From assembly GCA_950097015.1 (NCBI GenBank), contig CATNEN010000039.1:5704001-5768000 (forward strand): a stretch of 64,000 nt of DNA, given 5' to 3'. The DNA is from Macrostomum hystrix (taxonomy: Eukaryota; Animalia; Platyhelminthes). The first letter of the stretch is position 1. Each line of letters starts with the position of its first letter. The translations under genes and the position numbers were made by a program. The notes beneath the pieces are model-generated. The model was not told the origin of the DNA. It saw nothing but the letters and a program-made list of their open reading frames with translations, and ran no database searches. Below are positions 61,285 through 64,000 of the stretch, piece by piece.

Positions 61285-63961
61285 TCATATTCCGGTACTG
61301 ACAGACGGATTGTTATGCTGGGCTAGACTGGACTGAAATGAAAAGGTTAATCATATTGGATAGCTAAAAAATGGCAATTGCAAGCTTTCCATTTAAGTTA
61401 AAAGTACACCAGGGAAGATCAATTTCTTGTATAAAGCTAGCAATTAAAAAATTAGTTAGTAATATTGTACCACTTTAACGTGTCAGCCTTCGTTAAACCT
61501 GACAAGCCTCACTAAAGTATATTAAAGAGTTAGATTCAGTCAGGAGCTATCAAAGGTTGTGTGAAGTTTTATATTTGCACCGAATTTAAACTGTGCGGCA
61601 ACCCGTCAGCTGAATTGTTTCGAACTGCTGGCGAGATGGTCTAAGGTGCTTTTAGAGTCGTATCAAGTTGGTGACACGATGAATTCAATGATGGAAGTGC
61701 AGAAAGGAAGGGAAATGCTTGTTTTTAGTGTTGAGTTTGTGTGATATTCAATGTTTGTGTTTGGACATTGTGTTAGGCATGTAAATAAACAATCAAGCAT
61801 CAATAAAAACGTTCAAATTTAATGGTCATAAAATGGGCGTACACTCGTGTGTTCTTGCCTTGTGTGATGGCAGTGTGAAATAATGGCTTAAACGGTGAGA
61901 AGGAAGACTCAAAGACATAAGAGCTGAAAGGGCAGGTACTCGTAGTCAGAGAGAAGACTCAAAGATATAAGAGCAGGAAGGGCAGGTAGTCAGAAGGTAG
62001 ACTCAGAGACATAAGAGCCTGAGACTCAGAGACATAAGAGCAGGAAGTGCAGGTAGTCAGAAGGTAGACTCAGAGACATAAGAGCCTGAGACTCAGAGAC
62101 ATAAGAGCAGGAAGTGCAGGTAGTCAGAAGGTAGACTCAGAGACATAAGAGCCTGAGACTCAGAGACATAAGAGCCTGAGACTCATAGGTGGCAGTTTCA
62201 AAGATAGTGTCTTTAGGGACGTTAGGCCTACCTAGCAACTAAGCAACTGATTCTAGCTAGTTCAGTGTCAGCTTTCGTTAAACCCGACCAGCCTCACTAA
62301 TTCAGACGAGTTAAATTCAGCCGGGAGCTATCGAAAGCTATGCAAAATGTTGATGTAGCACTGACATTTGATTTGTGTAGCAACCTGCCAGCCAGGAATA
62401 TAGCTGACAAGATGGTCTACAGTGCTTCTAGACATAAGGGACTACATTGGTAATCGTACAGAACAGGCAGGGCCTTACACTGGACAGTCCGTTATCGTCC
62501 TGGCAGCCAGGAATCTGATGCAGATAGCCGTAGCCAATGCCACAGCCCAGGACGCCGTCACCGCCCCAGTCGGGATCGGGCGTGACGGTAAGCTGGCGGA
62601 ACTGATCAGTGGAGCTGCAGTAGACATACAGCTGCAGTACAGAGCAGGGAGGCCGGGACTCAATCAGCTCGAACAGGTCCTCGTGAGAATTCAGCGAAGC
62701 TGCTTCTTTAATTCCAACTATTTCGTCACCACCACAAACAGCGGCACCAACAATGAAATCGCTGCCAGGATGCAAGCCAGCTAGACTGGCTGGGGAGCCG
62801 GGTGCTACATCAAGAATGCGCCAGGCTAGCGCCGGCTGGCCCGCATGGCTGCACAGCCTCACACTGATGCCTAGCAGGCCCTGGCCACCCCACGAGTTGT
62901 TGGCTGACAAATCTGATGACCCTGTTGTCGTGACAATGGCTACACTGACTTGGCGCACCTGTCTTACCTTGCTGCTGTACACAGACAAGTTAATGAAGGT
63001 GGGAGTGGCCAAGACTGCACGTTCAGATGATATAGCTGAATGCCAGTTTTTCGGCATTAGCATGCCATGTGGCTGTTGTTCTGCAGTCTAAATTGGAATA
63101 AAATTTTATAATAAATGATGATGTGATGCCATTTAATATATTACTTAATGACCTTTAGGGTGCCACGTTTCCTCTTACGACTTAAACTAATATTAATTTA
63201 AAGTTCTTTAGATTGGCAAGCTATATTTTAACAAGCTAAGAATAGGCCCTATGATTTATTCAATGCAAAGCTTGGTTACTTCCCAAAAATATTTGGAAGT
63301 CTAGCTACTATTATGAAAAACTATAATTGCAGGAGTGCTGCAGGCAATGGTACATCATTTGGTCACACTATGCAAGTCTGCCCATTTTACTGACTCCTCA
63401 GCACAGAAACTCTAAAACTGTATGCAAGCACATGCTCACACAAGTGGGTACATCTGCATTCTGCATTAACTTTCTCATTGTCAAACAGTGTAAACTTTCA
63501 TTGTGAGTTGGAGGTTGGCCCTGAAGGGCAAAATTATATAACAAGCCCTTAGGTTTTCTCTCTAAATGGAGCTACAGCCCAAAGGCCCAAATAAATGAGG
63601 TCTTGCCAAGAAGTCAAGTTTAGGTACCTTGGTGCAGGAGGCAAATGAGTTAACCATGCTGCCACACACCCCTAGCAATTCTTTGTCCAGGTCAATGATT
63701 TAGAGTAGCTGTGCCATATAAGGCAAAATTGATTGATGTGAAGCTACTTATTGCAAGTTTTTTAAGTTGAAGTTTTAAATAAATTGAAGTCACTTTTTAG
63801 ACTTACAATCTAATATAGCAATTAATTCTATAACAAAACCTAAAACTCAAGCCTTAGATAATAGCTAAATGTTAACTTACCATATATTGTCCATTAATGG
63901 CTAATATAAAGTCAAAGAATGGTTGAAGACCTGCTTGTTCAGCTGGTGAATTAGGCTGAAC
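61285..63961 (-). CDS. GORASP: Golgi reassembly-stacking protein (GRASP55/65) homolog, 5'-partial; exons 63961-63881, 63087-62479, 61332-61285 (last tentative)
   Basis: VQPNSPAEQAGLQPFFDFILAING (PDZ1), WGGQGLLGISVRLC, WRILDVAPGSPASLAGL, LYVY, VTPDPDWGGDGVLGCGIGYGYLHQIP. Confidence 0.9.
61481..62434. mobile_element. Pair of diverged ~170-bp direct repeats (LTR-like) in a GORASP intron
   Basis: Copies start TGTCAGC at 61481 and 62266; the second ends GACA; flanks TAACG/TAAGG. Confidence 0.35.
61905..62185. repeat. Compound tandem repeat (AGACTCAGAGACATAAGAGC-based)
   Basis: Several 20/45-bp units. Confidence 0.9.
63322..63675 (-). mobile_element. Diverged SINE family B copy
   Basis: TTGCAGGAG.GCTGC.GGCAATGG.ACATCATTTGGT...CTTTCTCATTGTC...ACCTTGGTGC matches the 38160 copy. 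Confidence 0.75.
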
Positions 63962-64000
63962 CTAAAATGTTTCAGTTTATGTGTAAATATAGTGTTAAAT

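Overview
Eukaryotic (metazoan) genomic DNA with short GC-rich exons and AT-rich or minisatellite-filled introns. Two innexins, a PET+6xLIM gene and the very dense minisatellites suggest a free-living flatworm such as Macrostomum; this is inference, not demonstrated. I built 13 gene models by hand from GT-AG junctions and reading phase. On +: CHTOP, UTP14, PSMD7, two tandem innexins and a secreted WSC+PAN protein. On -: LIMPETin/FHL-like, a coiled-coil+NHL-repeat protein, BBIP1, a large disordered protein with SILK+RVxF PP1-docking motifs, a tentative ~95-aa orphan, a CD225/dispanin and a 5'-partial GRASP55/65. The non-coding space holds about 20 distinct tandem arrays, two tRNA-type SINE families (about 5 copies each), a 5'-truncated LINE with TSD and several MITE-like elements. 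No rRNA, bona fide tRNA or CRISPR array was found; most long ORFs in the track are repeat artefacts. The most notable patterns are: (1) minisatellites whose units copy local functional signals (a splice acceptor with its AG disabled, a splice donor, the A-box head of a SINE, phased CCAAT boxes); (2) an operon-like layout with acceptors in frame with the start ATG; (3) a 30-bp tail-only inverted LINE insertion. I found no clearly new multi-gene system; these findings are hypotheses that still need testing.
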